Shown here in pieces: positions 45,101 to 61,584 of a stretch of DNA of 64,000 nt. How positions within the stretch are numbered: the first letter of the stretch is position 1; every line of letters starts with the position of its first letter. This stretch comes from the human T2T-CHM13v2.0 reference genome, Homo sapiens: the NCBI RefSeq assembly GCF_009914755.1, contig NC_060925.1. One strand, written 5' to 3'. The translations under genes and the position numbers were made by a program. The notes below the pieces were generated by a model, which was not told the DNA's origin, made no database searches, and saw only the letters and a program-made list of their open reading frames with translations.

Positions 45101-45976
45101 TAAATGATAGCAAAGTCCAGTTGTCTGTCTTTTTTCCTTTTTTTAGAAAGTTTTTGTTTCAACTGTGATTTTCTCTTTTCTTTAGTACTTTACTTTCTGT
45201 TTTCTGACAGTTTAGCTTATCTGAATTATGGAGTCTAGACCTTCTAACACTTCTTCATAAAGAATAGGGCAGTCAAAAGTACTGACAGTTAAGAACAAGG
45301 AGCATTAAAATGAGCTAACTTTGCAGTCTGACACAATGAATATGTCTTTGCTTATACAAAGGCAGTCACAGGTTCTTTTAACAGAACAGTCATTCAAGTA
45401 AAGGCTTTAAAAATGGACAGAGGAAGATTGAGTTGTCTGTGTAATGAAAGAAGAAAAAAAGACTGAATTTGTTGATTCCGCAGGAGAAACAATATCAATA
45501 ATTTGAAAGTTTACTTCCATGTAGACAAAAGTGATGCCTCAGTTTTTTGGGTTTTTTTTTTTTTTGTAACTTATTTATTCACTCATTCAATCAGCACATA
45601 TTTTTTGAGAACATACGCTAAGGAAAAGGATGCAAAGGATCTTATGACCACTGTTTTGTTTGCTGATACTTCTCAACATTTCACAGTGAATTTCTTAAAA
45701 ACTTTCTGGGGTCTTCACATCTTTTAAAATAGAATGATGTCTGCTACTAAAGTTTTGGGAAAACATAAACAATTTAAGTATATTTTCCCTTTAAAATGGA
45801 GCACTATTGGAGAACATCAGGCCATAATGTATGCAGGGGTTACAAGGAATCCCATGAGCATCCTTATGGCTGGGGTGGAGCAGTCAGCTGATTACGCCTA
45901 CCTGCTGTGGTGATCTTGGCTATTTTGTATTTTAATCTTTTTTACTCCCAGTCATATGTTATTTATCTATTTATCC

Positions 45977-46172
45977 AGGCTTAAAAACAGTGGAAATTTA
46001 CTTCTCACAGTTCTGGAGGCTAGAAAGTGCAAGATCAAGGCACTGGCATATTTGGTGTCTAGTGAGGGCCTGCTTCCTGGTTCATAGCGGTCTTTTCTCT
46101 GTGCACTCACATGGTGAAAGGGACAGGGAATCTCTGGTTTCTATCTTATGAGAGCACCAATCTCATTCATGC
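45977..46172 (-). mobile_element. MLT1A-like LTR fragment
   Basis: tctcacagttctggaggctagaaagtgcaagatcaagg. Confidence 0.75.
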
Positions 46173-46174
46173 TT

Positions 46175-47092
<918 letters not shown>

Positions 47093-48125
47093 TAGTCATA
47101 TGGCATTAATTTATACCAAGGAAAGACAGCAAATTAATCACAGTTATAACATTAAATAGCTTAGCAGATTCATTTCAAGGTCATCTTTTTCAGGCCTGAA
47201 GTTGCATTTATTGATCAAAAATCTTATGTATTCCACTCAATTTTTCTGTAAACCTAAAACTGCTTGGAAAAAGTCTAACTAAAAACATACATAAACAAAA
47301 TGCAATTTTATTCAAAGTATTAAAAAACCACATAAATTTCAAGCTGTCGCTAGTGTTTCAAAAGCCAATACCTGTAGTAAAAGACAAAATATAGTGATGA
47401 TTGTAATTGTTGTAGTAATCCCACATAGGTAGAAGGCTATCCATGGCCTTACTGTGTCAAGCAAAGAGAAGCACTTACATTAACAGACTAAAATAAACAC
47501 AAAATGTATTAAAGTAAAACATTTCAGTGCAAAATGCAAAAATTTAAAAATGCAAGTTTTTATCTGCATTCAATGCTGAGTTAGAAGTTTTTTCTTATAT
47601 TTTAATATGCGTTATCTCCAAACCAAGCACAATATATCATTTTATTTGTCAAAAAAATTTCTTATGTAATTTATTTAAAGTAAATTTTAAATTATATCTT
47701 TTATTATAGTGGCTGAAGCTGGATGTTACTGGTAATTATGTTAACTATGAATTTTATAACATAATATTTGATAAAAATAAAAGCTTTAACTTCAGGTAAT
47801 CTCTTTATCATATATCATACAAATACTACAAGTGATTCTCTAATTTTTTAAGGTTTCTCAAAAATGATTTGCATGTTGTTTAAAAATTGGGAAATACTAA
47901 CTTCTGAGTTGGGAGTTTATTCCTTACTTTGCAGCGGGGAAAACTGAGGTTCAAAGGGATTGAACAATTTGCACAAGGACAAACAACGAATAGAAGGCAG
48001 ATTCTAGATTCAAACTCAGTATTGTCTGATTCTACAATCCATGCTCCTAATCACCTTTCCTAGCATACGCCTGTGCTTACACAGTGGCAATGAGAATTGA
48101 AGACGAGACATCTGAACAATGTTTT

Positions 48126-48431
<306 letters not shown>

Positions 48432-48959
48432 ATTTGAACAATGTTTTAAAGACAAAATCAATAGGCAACAGTGATAACTTGGATAGATAGAAGTTTAGAT
48501 GGGTAAGGGTTAGAATAGATACTAAGTCTTCTAGCTAAGAGATTTAGGAAAGGAGTGTTGCTACAATAAAAATAAATAAGTTGAGATTTTATTTAGGTGG
48601 GAAGTTGCTGAGATTAATTTTTGGTCTTGCTGAGTCACAGGTAACATTCAGATGTAAATAGAGCTGTCACATAGACATTTGAAAACATAGAACTGGGTAC
48701 TATTGAAAGTCAGTGCTGACAGTGTAGATTTGAACTTTATCAGCAAAAGGTAGTGGTTGAAACCAAAACAGTGGAAGGGCACTGAAAGAGTGAGAACCTG
48801 GAGAGGGAAGAGTATGATCTAAGCCTTGGAAAACACCCCCACTTCAGGGATCTGAGGAGGAACAAATGTGAGCAGAGGACAAAACAACAAAATAAAAAAT
48901 AAGAAGTTAAAGGAGAACCAGGACCACATAGAATCATGAAAACTAAGAGATAGTAAATG

Positions 48960-49185
48960 TGGCTAAAATGTATTGAGCACCTGCCATGAAACATACATGC
49001 TATGTATTTTATATTATTTAATCTTCATAATAACTCAAGGAGGTAGGTTCCTGTATCTCTATTGACAGATAAGGACATAGAGGTTTAGCAAGATTAAATT
49101 ATGTGCCTGTTGTTCAGCTAGTAAGTCCTGGGGCAAAAAAACTGGAATCCATGTCTTCCAGCCTCCCAAGTCCATTTTTTAACTA
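48960..49185 (-). mobile_element. MIR
   Basis: tattgagcacctgccatg...tttaatcttcataataac...acagataagga. Confidence 0.7.
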
Positions 49186-49799
49186 GTGGTCTCCAGAGTG
49201 CACAAAGCAAACCACTGTGATATGGGAAAAAAATCATTAAAATTACAATAATAGAATCCCATCCTTTAAAAATTGTATTTTCATATATATATTTTACAAT
49301 GTGCATTCTGCACTAGTATAGTAATACATGCATATCATATGTACATGCATAATTTGTAAATTAATAAGTAATTGCGGCATATGCTTAAAACATTTACTAA
49401 TGTGAAGAGGCAGTAAAACACTTTGGAGATTATTGCTTCAAACCACTATGCAAACTGTCTTTTTGCCTCGTCCCATTCTCAGTTGTAAGCTGCATTCACT
49501 TCATATAGTCGTGCTATGTTTTAAATGCAATGCTAGTTCTAATTTAGTTAAATAGAAACTTTTTACTTCATAGGTTCTTTTCATCCTACTTCTTAGTATT
49601 TTCTGAAATTTATGAAGACCTTTGGGCCTTTTAGTGCTTTGTGATAGTGAAAGGAACAGAGGCCTTAGACCAGACAGACTTGAGTTCAAACATTAACTTT
49701 TACTTTACTGACCATGTGATCTCAGACAAGTACTTAATTTCTCAGAGCCTCAGCTCATCTATGAAATGGAGATAACATTTACCTTGCAGATTGTTGTAA

Positions 49800-50085
<286 letters not shown>

Positions 50086-50542
50086 AGCAATATCTTAAGG
50101 AAACAGCATTGGGCCTGGCATACAGTAGATAATTTTTAAATGGCACCAAATAGTAATAATAACAATAGTACTTGTTTGCTGTAGAGAACATCTGTGGCCC
50201 AGTAGTTCCTCCCATCTAAAATCAAGTTGCATATATAATATTTTTAGCAAAGTTTGGCTGAGACTGTTCTTAATTCAACTTGGAAACTTATTTGAGCATA
50301 TATAAAAAGTGTTGGCTACTGCATATGGCCACATGAGTTAGAGAATGCTATTTACATGGACTACAGTGGGAATGGCTGCTCCTGGCCTTGGGTAGAGCAG
50401 CAGCCCTGGAAATACACTGTCAAAAACATAGAGGGCCAAATATATGGCAGCCTCCACAGAACAAAAGGAAATGAATGCAGCTGCCCACACATGCATTAGT
50501 TGGTATGTTGAATGCCTCTCTATTTGTTGATGCTCTCCACAG

Positions 50543-50734
50543 ATCTGTACCCCCGATTTGGTGGTATTCCTGGCTTGTGCTAATCAGAGACTCAAAGAAA
50601 GATTACTGAAGCGTGCAGAACAGCAGGGCCGACCAGACGACAATGTAAAAGCTACCCAAAGGAGACTAATGAACTTCAAGCAGAATGCTGCTCCATTGGT
50701 TAAATACTTCCAGGAAAAGGGGCTCATCATGACA
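50543..50734 (+). CDS. AK5: AK5 coding exon (exon 6; 192 nt, phase 0-0), LID region
   Basis: ctctccacag| acceptor, ACA|gtaagt donor; ICTPDLVVFLACANQRLKERLLKRAEQQGRPDDNVKATQRRLMNFKQNAAPLVKYFQEKGLIMT. Confidence 0.97.
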
Positions 50735-51982
50735 GTAAGTTAGCTCGACTTTTACAAGTCCAATACAAGAGCGCTCTTTCAGATTTCTCATTAGCCCATG
50801 TTCTCATGTAGAAATCCTCTTTACCTTAAAAAGTGGCTTTTGGGGGGTACAGAACCAATGGAAAAAAATGTATCATTTTGACCTGATTTGCCTTTTTAAG
50901 CCATCATGTTTTTTTAAAAAACTTTCTTTTTAATTTAATTGATTTTTATGAAAGAAGATAAATTTTAACCTTGGCCAAAATTCTGTAGTCCTCAAGTAAA
51001 AAAGTGTTTTAAAGTAACTGTCTGGGTGATTGTAAGCAATATTTGTCCAGTCTCTCCACTCTTTTGTCTGTCTTTGGAAGCCTAACAAAATTGATAGACT
51101 TATAACCACACAGTTGATGTGGGGTTATAATAGATTTAAGCGTTGTTTGTCATGATCTACTACATAAAGAAATGAGGTTCTGACTTCACAGAAAAAGTTT
51201 CCTAAGGGTTTGACTTGTCATAAAGAAGTGATAATGTATCAAAATGGGAGGTAGTCACCCTTCTGCTCCTTTGATACAATGCAAATATTAATGTTTTCCT
51301 AAATTTTTAGTTTGTTTTATGGCTAATGATATTCAATGTGCCAATGAAAGATGACACTGAATCATTAGTTTGTACAGTTTTTAGAATCTAGAACATTAGA
51401 GGTGAAGGTTCAGCTAAATTTATGATAATCACAACATCAGATTCCAGCATTAAAGCGTAGAGGAGACAAAGAGGATAATGGGTCATCTGAAGAAAGCACT
51501 TTATGCAAGAGGACACTAAAACCACAGCAGCTGCTTGACAGCTAGATGGTGGCAGACCTTGGCAGAATCCTCCTCTCAGCCCTCGGGCCCGGGCCAGTGG
51601 ACCAAAGAGTTTTGTGTAGTTGGGTTACAAGCCTCTGTAGAGAATCTAATCAAAGCGATGCATGCCCATCCCAATAAAAAGCACATAAAGACTTTTTTTC
51701 ACAAATTTTAGGTAAATCAGCTGAAGCCCATCCAGAGAGCTCCTGTGATCTTGACAATTCCTGGGTTAAAACTCTCTTCATTAGACTAGGATGCCCTTAG
51801 ACCTGAAAGAGACAGACATGACATTTGAAGAATAATTTCTTTGCAATCTTTTTAGCACCATAAAGAAATATTTAACGTGATTTGCTCTTTGAGTCAAAGT
51901 TGTCATGTCGCAGAGTTGTAAGTCTGATCTGGAAATTGTTCACAATGCCAGGGTTCATATTTTGATCTAAAGCAGGCATTGA

Positions 51983-52341
<359 letters not shown>

Positions 52342-53029
52342 CTGTTGTTTGTTTTTCTCACCAGTTACCAACACTAACTTCCACATTGTATCATAAAAAA
52401 AGAAATTTGCCCTACAAACCAAACCCCAACTGTAAGGTGCAGGGCCAGATTTAATTGATGTTTGTAAGGCTCAAAGGTGTTACCAGAGTGTCTCTGATTA
52501 CTCCCTGCTTGTCACATTCGTCATCACAAGCAGAGCAGATTTCTCAAATGAATGCGGAGTGGATATTATTAATTTACTAATATTTTGCATGGAGGTGAAA
52601 TGCCATTGCCTCTAATTGAGGGAGTCAATAACAATGTGGATGACAGCCTGTAACCTCACTGCTAAAACCAAATGAGCTTTAAGATAAATGCTTCTAATTA
52701 CTGACAGAAAACTTGCCTAGTAAAGTCGCCTTTTGGAAAGCAATGAACGCAAACACAGGCTAAGCTCTGGGGAATATAATTTGAAAAAATTTGACAAAGA
52801 AGCAAAACATGTGTCCTCTTTTAGAACCTGGATCATAGTTTATTGCTGGAATTAAAATATATTTGGTGACACTTCTGCTTTTAAAGATGAGTTAAATAAT
52901 AAAAATGATCATTTGTATTAATAATAAGCATGTTAAGATTTTAATAAAAATCTGGGGGTTAATAGATCAAACCCAAATATTTCCTTTTCTCTGTAGTTTT
53001 TTTTTTTTCCTTTTCTCCCACCTGCCCCT

Positions 53030-53940
53030 CCTGATTCATTCATTTACTCATTCAGTAAATATTTACTGAAAACCAGGATACTCTGCTAGGGGACAGGGGT
53101 GCAGAGCTAAATAAACAAAGGGTAAGGATCTTTATTTTGGCACTGACATATTGCAGACACCTAGAACAGTACCTTCTCACTATATAGTAAGCTCCAGGAA
53201 ATGAACAGAGCTTGCAGTGTGTGGAGAAAGAGACATTAAACAATCAGTTATTAAGTGTGATGACTGTTGAGTTATGTGTTATAATTGTGATGGATTATTA
53301 AGTGTGAAAATGTGCAGGGTGTCCTCACATATGTCATGCACTGTTTTAGGGATTGGGATTCCCTGTGGTGAATAAAATAGACTGTCTCCACACTCCAATA
53401 GCATTAATCACTTATCTCTGCACAAAGTTCTTAAGGGCCACAGAGACCATGTCCCTGTTTAGTCCAGTTGAGAAACTTCATGTTAGTACCCCTCTTCTCT
53501 GGCGCTTTGGTGTCTGAATCCTGTCACTTGGAATCTCAGTTCCGTTGCCATTTAATAATTTCATGATGCCCTACAAGGTATAGCCTCTAGGACTTGATCT
53601 CTCTATCTCTAAATTGGAGACAGTGTTACCTACCTCATAATATTGTTGTGTGGGTGAAATGAGAGAATATGTATAACATGGTAGATGATGGTAATGCAGA
53701 GAGCGTGTTTTAAGATGCTCCATGCAGCCGCTTTGCCTGATTCAGATTCCAGCTGCACCACCTACCACCTGTGTGACTTCCTGCAGGTTACTTATCTGCT
53801 CTGCAACTCGTATGCCTTACCTGTAAAATAGGTATAATAATCAATCCTACCTCAGTGTGATTATGAGGAGTAAATGGATGTCAAGAGCTTAAAACGGTGT
53901 CTAGAATATTGTAAGGGTAAATGACATGATTGATATTATT
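53030..53940. mobile_element. Antisense L2 (~53030-53330) plus two tandem sense MIRs (~53500-53940)
   Basis: cattcagtaaatatttactga; acctacctcataatattgttgtg; ctgtaaaataggtataataa. Confidence 0.6.
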
Positions 53941-54899
53941 GTACAGTTTTTATATTTCTTTGTCTTTCTTCCTTCCCCAGCAAATGCTCATCTTTTAGAA
54001 TCTACAGTAACCACTAGCAATTCTGTGCCCTTTGAGGGAACTCTGTTGCCTTTTCTCCAATACATAGGTTATTGAAGAAATCCAAAATGAATAGGTTGTA
54101 AAAACTTTAGACATAATTCATCTTTTTCTTTAAAAGTGTCTATTAATGAGTTGTAAGTTTGACTCAGTGTCTTCTTTAGATTCTATATTGTCCGTGTAAT
54201 CAAGCTACATAGTGGCTGTGTCTGAATAGTAACAGACATCATTCCACTCTTTTCTTTTTTACCTCATTGACTATATCTGTTGGCATATTTGACTAGAGAA
54301 CAAACCCAGTTTGACTGAAAAGAAAACCTAATCAGATTAGCCAAGAAAAACATGCTGTTGCTTGAATACTGTATCTTACTGACATAGTTTCCATTACATG
54401 GACTTCTTCATTTTTGTTCTTGTATTATACATGTCCATATGCAGTCATGTGTGCAAATATGAATGAAAATAATATGAAATCATAAGGCTAGTATATTAGA
54501 AACTTCTTCATAGAACTTTCTCAGACATATTTATATGTTGTCTTTAACTTACCCTGAAGTTGGATGTAATTTCTCAATACATCTTTTACTGCTTTATGCT
54601 TGTGATTAAAGATTAGGATGCTGTGAGTTCCCAATGTTTGGCAGAAGATTTTTCTTGTAGTTAGTTTAGATATTGCTGGATCTAGGAAAGCTACTTTTAC
54701 TATTGCTGAGTAAGCTGTGTCTCTTGACATTTTGGAGCACTTGGACTTGAAACTGTATAACTCTTGAATAATAATTTCCCTTTTATAGATTTTTACAGTT
54801 CCAATAAAATGTCTGTTTCATGATAATTTTTAATCTTTCTTGTAAAAGTTTTTTTCAACTAGTCTTCATTTCAATCAGTCTCACCAAGTTGGAACACTT

Positions 54900-55035
54900 T
54901 TTTTCTTTTTTTTAATTTATATTTATTGTACATGAATAAGTTCTTTAGCGGTGATTTCTGAGATTTTAGTGTGCCCATCACCTGAGCAGTATTTACTGTA
55001 CCCAATGTGTAGTCTTTGATCCCTCATCCCCCTCA
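54900..55035 (-). mobile_element. L1PB-like 3' end, short insertion
   Basis: aataagttctttagcggtgatttctgagatttt; TSD ggaac(a/c)ctttt. Confidence 0.85.
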
Positions 55036-55979
55036 GGAACCCTTTTCTAAGAAACAGAATTAATTAAGACAAGTCAAGTTTTTGTAAGTTTTATGAACTT
55101 TTTAAAAAATATATGCAATTTTGTTTATTTTTAAAGAAAAAGGTCTTCTTAAATTGTGCAAAAAAAAAAAAGCTCAGATGCAATGTATATGTTATTTTTT
55201 CCAGAATGCATTCAAAACTTTGTGCCATTAGATGTTCTATTCAGCCAGAAAAACATGGATTTCACCAGGGAAATGGATATACACTTGTGTGCATTGAAAA
55301 AATGCTACTGAATATTGGTAATAATCATTAAAATCCACATTTAGCTTTAGACTGTGAAGTAAACAAATAGTCATTTTCCTTCTGGACTTTTTGTAGGAGT
55401 ATAACTTGAAATCAGAGGTAAGCTGTGGTCACAGGATGTATGAAAAGGCCTACTAATTCATACGCAGGTTTACCAACTAAATCTCTTCAGCCAGGAAAGG
55501 CAGAGGCTGAAAAAAGGTTAAAATCAGGATTATTTATTGTTCACCAATACCAGGTTTCCTGGGAAGTGGTCAAGGAATGTGGGAAGGGCTACACTGCTAT
55601 TTAGCAAGGCTGTATAGACCAATGTTTCCCTAATTTTAGTACTTACTAGACCAGAAAAAATATTTTTTAAGTAGGGGTGAGATGACTTTTTAATTTTACG
55701 AAGTGAAGGCATTAGAAAAAAACTCCCAATACTTGCCTTATTTTTCTAATTTTGCTGTGGATTGGGAAACACTCATCACAAACCAGCATCAGTGCTGGGA
55801 AACGATTGACATAGAGAGCACAGGCCTGTCAAACTACACCATTGTTTATTACCAGACATTGTCCCCAAGTCCCAGATAACCCCATTCACACTACGATTGC
55901 TTCATTTGCCCCATATCACTTCCTTCAAATTTGAGAATCCCCGCATTATGCATTTCAAATTTACCACTGAAACTATGCA

Positions 55980-56406
55980 CAGTTGACCCTTGAATAACGC
56001 AAGGATTGGGGTGCCAGCTCCCATGCAACTGAAAATCCATGTATAACTTTGAGTCCCCCCAAACAGAACTACTACTAATAGCCTACTGTCAACCAGAGCC
56101 TTATCAATAACATAAACAGCTGATTAACACATATTTTGTATGTTATATGTATTACATACTGATTCTTACCATAAAGTAAGATAGAGAAAAGAAAATATTA
56201 TTAAGAAAGTCACAAGGAAAAGAAAATATATTTATTGTTCGTTAAGTGGAAATGCATCATCATAAAGTTCTTCATTCTTGTTATCTTCACACTGAGTAGA
56301 CTGAGGAGGAGGAGGAAGAAGAGGGGTTGGTGCTTCTGTCTCAGAGTGGCAGAGGTGGACCAAAGTGGACCATGCCCTTCAAACCCCTGTCGTGAAGGAT
56401 CCACTG
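55980..56406 (+). mobile_element. Tigger2a-like Tc1/mariner MITE
   Basis: TIRs cagttgacccttgaa / tgaaggatccactg followed by TA. Confidence 0.85.
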
Positions 56407-56667
56407 TAATTCCCATCCCATCAGACACTCCTAGCCACAGGAAAAATAAGTAGGAATAGTAAAAGTTAATTTAGAGAGAACTGCTGAATAATTATTTGTT
56501 AACTGACTTCACATTTCATAGGAACCAACACTAACATTTAAAGTATAATAATACATTTATCCCTAAACTCTCAACGTACAGCCATTGGTTAATTATCACC
56601 AACTCCACTTAGCATCACTGCACATATGGTGGAAATGGAAAGAAAAATAACCCAAAGGAGAAAAGAA

Positions 56668-57129
<462 letters not shown>

Positions 57130-58468
57130 TAATGTGTTACATAATGAAGCTGTATTTCCTTTGAGTACCATCACTTATATCCTGTTTGAGCATCCATTGT
57201 CATGTAACCAAAAGCTCCCACTAATTCCTATTTCTGGATTTAGTGACTAAGAAAATAGTCGAGGAAGAGTTTTTAAAGGTTAATAGGAAAGGCCATGGAA
57301 GTATTCTGGAAGATATTTACTTAGGTAACAATGATATCTATATTCACATGGATATATGGTCCCCTAAATTGCTTTTCAGTTGCCAGAGTGTGTTTAAATT
57401 AAGTAAACAGTGCCTTCTGGCACAAAACCTGATGCTGATAGAACCTCAGTGAGAGCCCTGAAGCAACATGAGAAATACCGTATCCATTTTTGACTGGAAT
57501 AAAGAGCAGCTTAAAAGGAATCACATCCTCTGGGCAACAAGCACTTATCAAATCTTAACTGTGTGTAGAGCTGCCAAGATGGTGCCGTTCTCAGAAAAGT
57601 CCTGTTGCTTCCCTAAGGAGCTTGCCATCTCTGGGGATTACTCAGTGTTGCCCACTTAATTTACCTATTTACATACCTATCTGTAATTTTGGTTTTAAAA
57701 TATCCAGAACTAAATTGAAAAGTGAATCTGATTACTTTCATATACTGTCATTATTGTGGGCTCTAAAACCTAAAATACCGTGATCACAATTTCTCTTTCA
57801 ATCTTTTGGATAGAAAGGAAAATAAAAGCACAAAGATAAAGCCATTTGCTCACAAAATGGCAACCCGCATATAGCAAAGTATATCATCCACTGTCCTGGG
57901 CAGCAAATTCTGCTAGTTCCTGAACAGCATCAAAACAACAGGAAGAACAAGCAGATACCACATTTATAGCTCATCCTGGCAATCTGTCTCTGTCATAAGC
58001 AACGCCCTGACTCACAACTTTTCCATCCCCAAAGCTCCCTCACTTCCAGTCGTCTTCACACCCCGTAGACAGAAAGCAAACCAAATGACTCAGCAAATGC
58101 ATCTCTCTCGAGGTTGGAAACTGCTGCTGATTATATGGCAGTCCTACTGTCAGCATCGGATGAGAAGAGCTCTTGCACCAAAAATGCAATATTTTATTGT
58201 GATGTTTTATACAGGTATTAACAGGAAAAATAAGGAAGAACTTTAAAAATGAACAACTTCCTCCCCCAACAGAATGTAAAATATTTTTCTGTTGATTTTA
58301 TTATTACCGACACTCATAAAACAGAGTCTGAAGAGCCCCATGAACAATTTTTTAATCATCTGAAGTAGAAAGCAAGGCTCTCACATGATAACTATAAAAC
58401 AAATAATGTGGACAAAATCGAGATAATTCAAGTGAAGACCTTTGGAGGTTCACATTAAGAAAATTCTG

Positions 58469-58679
58469 TGTGTTCTCATTGTTCAATTCCCACCTATGAG
58501 TGAGTTTTGTCCTTGCGATAGTTTGCTGAGAATGATGGTTTCCAGCTTCATCCGTGTCCCTACAAAGGACATGAACTCATCATTTTTTATGGCTGCATAG
58601 TAACATGGCACATGTATACATATGTAACAAACCTGCATGTTGTGCACATGTACCCTAAAACTTAAAGTATAATAAAAAA
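58469..58679 (+). mobile_element. Young L1PA 3' end with 5' inversion
   Basis: Antisense segment 58469-~58602 then sense tail ...gtaccctaaaacttaaagtataata(A)n; TSD aaaattctg. Confidence 0.93.
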
Positions 58680-58896
58680 AAAATTCTGATTCCAAGAACT
58701 GTTACTGACAGGTCTATCTACAAATACTCTAGTTAAGGTCTGTGCTATTTCTATGGGACTGTCTTCAACAATAGCTTGTCTTTTTAATTTTTTTAAAGCA
58801 AAAGAAAACAAATTACTAAATAGTTGGTAGCTGAATGTCATGTCATACTAACAACTTCCTATAAACTGCTGTTTCAACCCTGCAGGATCTATATGT

Positions 58897-58941
58897 ATAC
58901 ACACCCACACACCCACACACCCACACACACACACAAACACA
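58897..58941. repeat. Imperfect (CA)n/(CACACACC)n microsatellite
   Basis: Read directly from the sequence. Confidence 0.85.
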
Positions 58942-59364
58942 TATTTTTAGCTGGTTATTCTCCAGGAGACACTCTGTGATCAGAACAATAATGTTGACAA
59001 TAATGTCAACAAATATTCCAGACTTCAGAGTTAGGTCTTCATTTGAAATGTTTTACTAAGACTTACTGAGAACATGTGTAAGAAAATAATACTTTTGGTA
59101 ATGTCCCTAGACTAAATTTTTTTCATGTTTAAGGCCAAACTAATTGGAATTAATCAATATCTTTTAAAGAGACCTGGCACTATAGTTAAATTAAATGTCC
59201 CCCCTCCAAAAAAAAGAAGACAAAATAAAAGAAAACGAATAAGCATTTAAGGCTTGCCCGTCAGGAAAATACAACAAAATATTATGAATAGATGGTGCCT
59301 TAGGAAACAATAGCTAACAATTCCTGAATGCTTAATACGTGCCTAGTACTATTCGGAATGTTTC

Positions 59365-59478
59365 TGTTCTCACTTATAAGTGGGAGCTAAACATTGAGTA
59401 CAATTACCTATATAACAAACTTGCACATGTACCTCTGAACCTAAAATAAACATTAAAAAAAACTAAAAAACAAACAGA
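59365..59478 (+). mobile_element. Internally deleted L1 3' end inside an antisense MIR (~59305-59650)
   Basis: tgttctcacttataagtgggagctaaacattgagtac|aattacctatataacaaacttgcacatgtacc; TSD aatgtttc. Confidence 0.85.
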
Positions 59479-60169
59479 AAATGTTTCACATACGATAACT
59501 CATTATTTCTCACCTAATCTTGTTGGGGCAGATACTATTATTATCTCCATTTTGTAAATGAGAAAAACGAAAGCACATGAAAGTGTAGCCTACCAGGATC
59601 CCACAAGAGCAGTGGAGTCTCAACCCAGATCACACTGCTGGCCCCAAAGGCTGTTTTGTGATCATTCTGTTGTTCATTCATCAAAATGCTTTCTCCAGGC
59701 ACTTGTCATTTGACAGGCATCTCTATGCAGCTGTAATCTCTTCATTTCTGTTTTTTAGAAAAGAATAAATGGGAAAATTAATTATATTGGTACATTACGT
59801 TGAGAAGTTTTAAAAGTAATTTTTGCTAGGTAATAGATGTAAAATAATTAAGATAAATCATAAAATTGATTAAGCACACATTAGAAGTGAAGAAATTATA
59901 CTACAAATGGCCAATTGTTGGACCTTGTATTTTTGTTTATCTATACTACTATCTCTTTCTTACCTATCTCCTTCTTGCTCAGTCCTACAAATCGAACGTA
60001 AAACTGAGGCTTCAGTTCTGGGACAGGCAAAGCACTGTCCTTGTTTCCCTTAAGTCTTACGTTCCATTTCCCCATTATGATAGTCCTTTTATAGTCATTC
60101 ATTCAAACCATTTTATTGAGGGCCTATGTATTCATGGCACCCTTTTCATCAGACAACAGTGATCCTCCT

Positions 60170-60760
60170 TTTACTCAACAGCTATCTGTTGACATGCCTG
60201 ATCATGACATTTTCCCATATCCAGGGTACCACAGCAGGCACTGCAAGGAATACAAAGATGATGTGGAGCCAGATCCTGTCTTCAGGGAGTTTGTGACGCA
60301 GGCACAGAGATGATAGAAAGATAAATAACTTGAACTCAGCTGGAGAAGTGGTATGAGCCACCACACTGAAGTAATAGAACAGGCCAGGAAGAATAAAGGG
60401 CAGGGAGTGACTTCTTCCTGGAAAGATTAGGGAAGGCTTTCCTGGAAACATTGACCCTTGAGAGGCAGGAAGGAGTTGGAACCCAGAAATAGGAAAGAAG
60501 GTCATGATAAGCAGACACGTGTAGAACAGAGTAGTGAGAAGTAGAAACCAGGGGACAGAGGTGCTGTCATCAAACTGAGCAAGGCACTGAAGTGCTAGGC
60601 TAAGGAGGAAGGGTTTTTCTGTTGGCAAGGGCCACATTGAAAGGCTTGGAGCATGGGAGTGACACAGCTAGAAATATTAAGCTGGTAGCTGTGTGTGAAA
60701 CAGTGAATGGAGGAAGCATCTGGAAGAGGCGTGACAAGGGCCTGGACTGGAATAGTGACT
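60170..60760 (-). mobile_element. L2 fragment
   Basis: ttagggaaggctttcctgga, gggccacattgaaaggcttgga. Confidence 0.55.
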
Positions 60761-61206
60761 GACACAAGGTTTTACTTCTCCATATGGCAGATCGGCAACC
60801 ATCTGGCACGGATGGCAAACATGGGAGTAATTGGAAAAGTTCTCTGAGGGAAAATAGCACTCAAAAATCACCTGCATCATAGGCGTAACATACATTTTCC
60901 CAGTTTAACCATTTTGGTTTACCCTTTGGATAGTGTTCATGGCAAGGCTGAAAGGAAAGGAGATAGGGAAGGAAAGGGAATGTAATCAGGACTCTGACAA
61001 GCTAAAGCATTATCAAGTGACATTAAAATCCAAGCAAAGGGAGAGTAGAGTCAGTTGAATCACAAATTTTTCTTTCCACTAATAACTGTTTCAAAATAGT
61101 TCATTAAGTAAGTTAATGAATTAATTCAATCGTTATACATGGAACCATTTATTTTCATGGCAGACAGCCCTGCACATCTTGCAGCAGTGAGGACATAATT
61201 CCATTA

Positions 61207-61575
<369 letters not shown>

Positions 61576-61584
61576 ATATGAATA

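Noticed and set aside
58992-59011. 8-bp inverted repeat tgttgaca-ataa-tgtcaaca
   Set aside because: Short enough to arise by chance or local slippage; no supporting context
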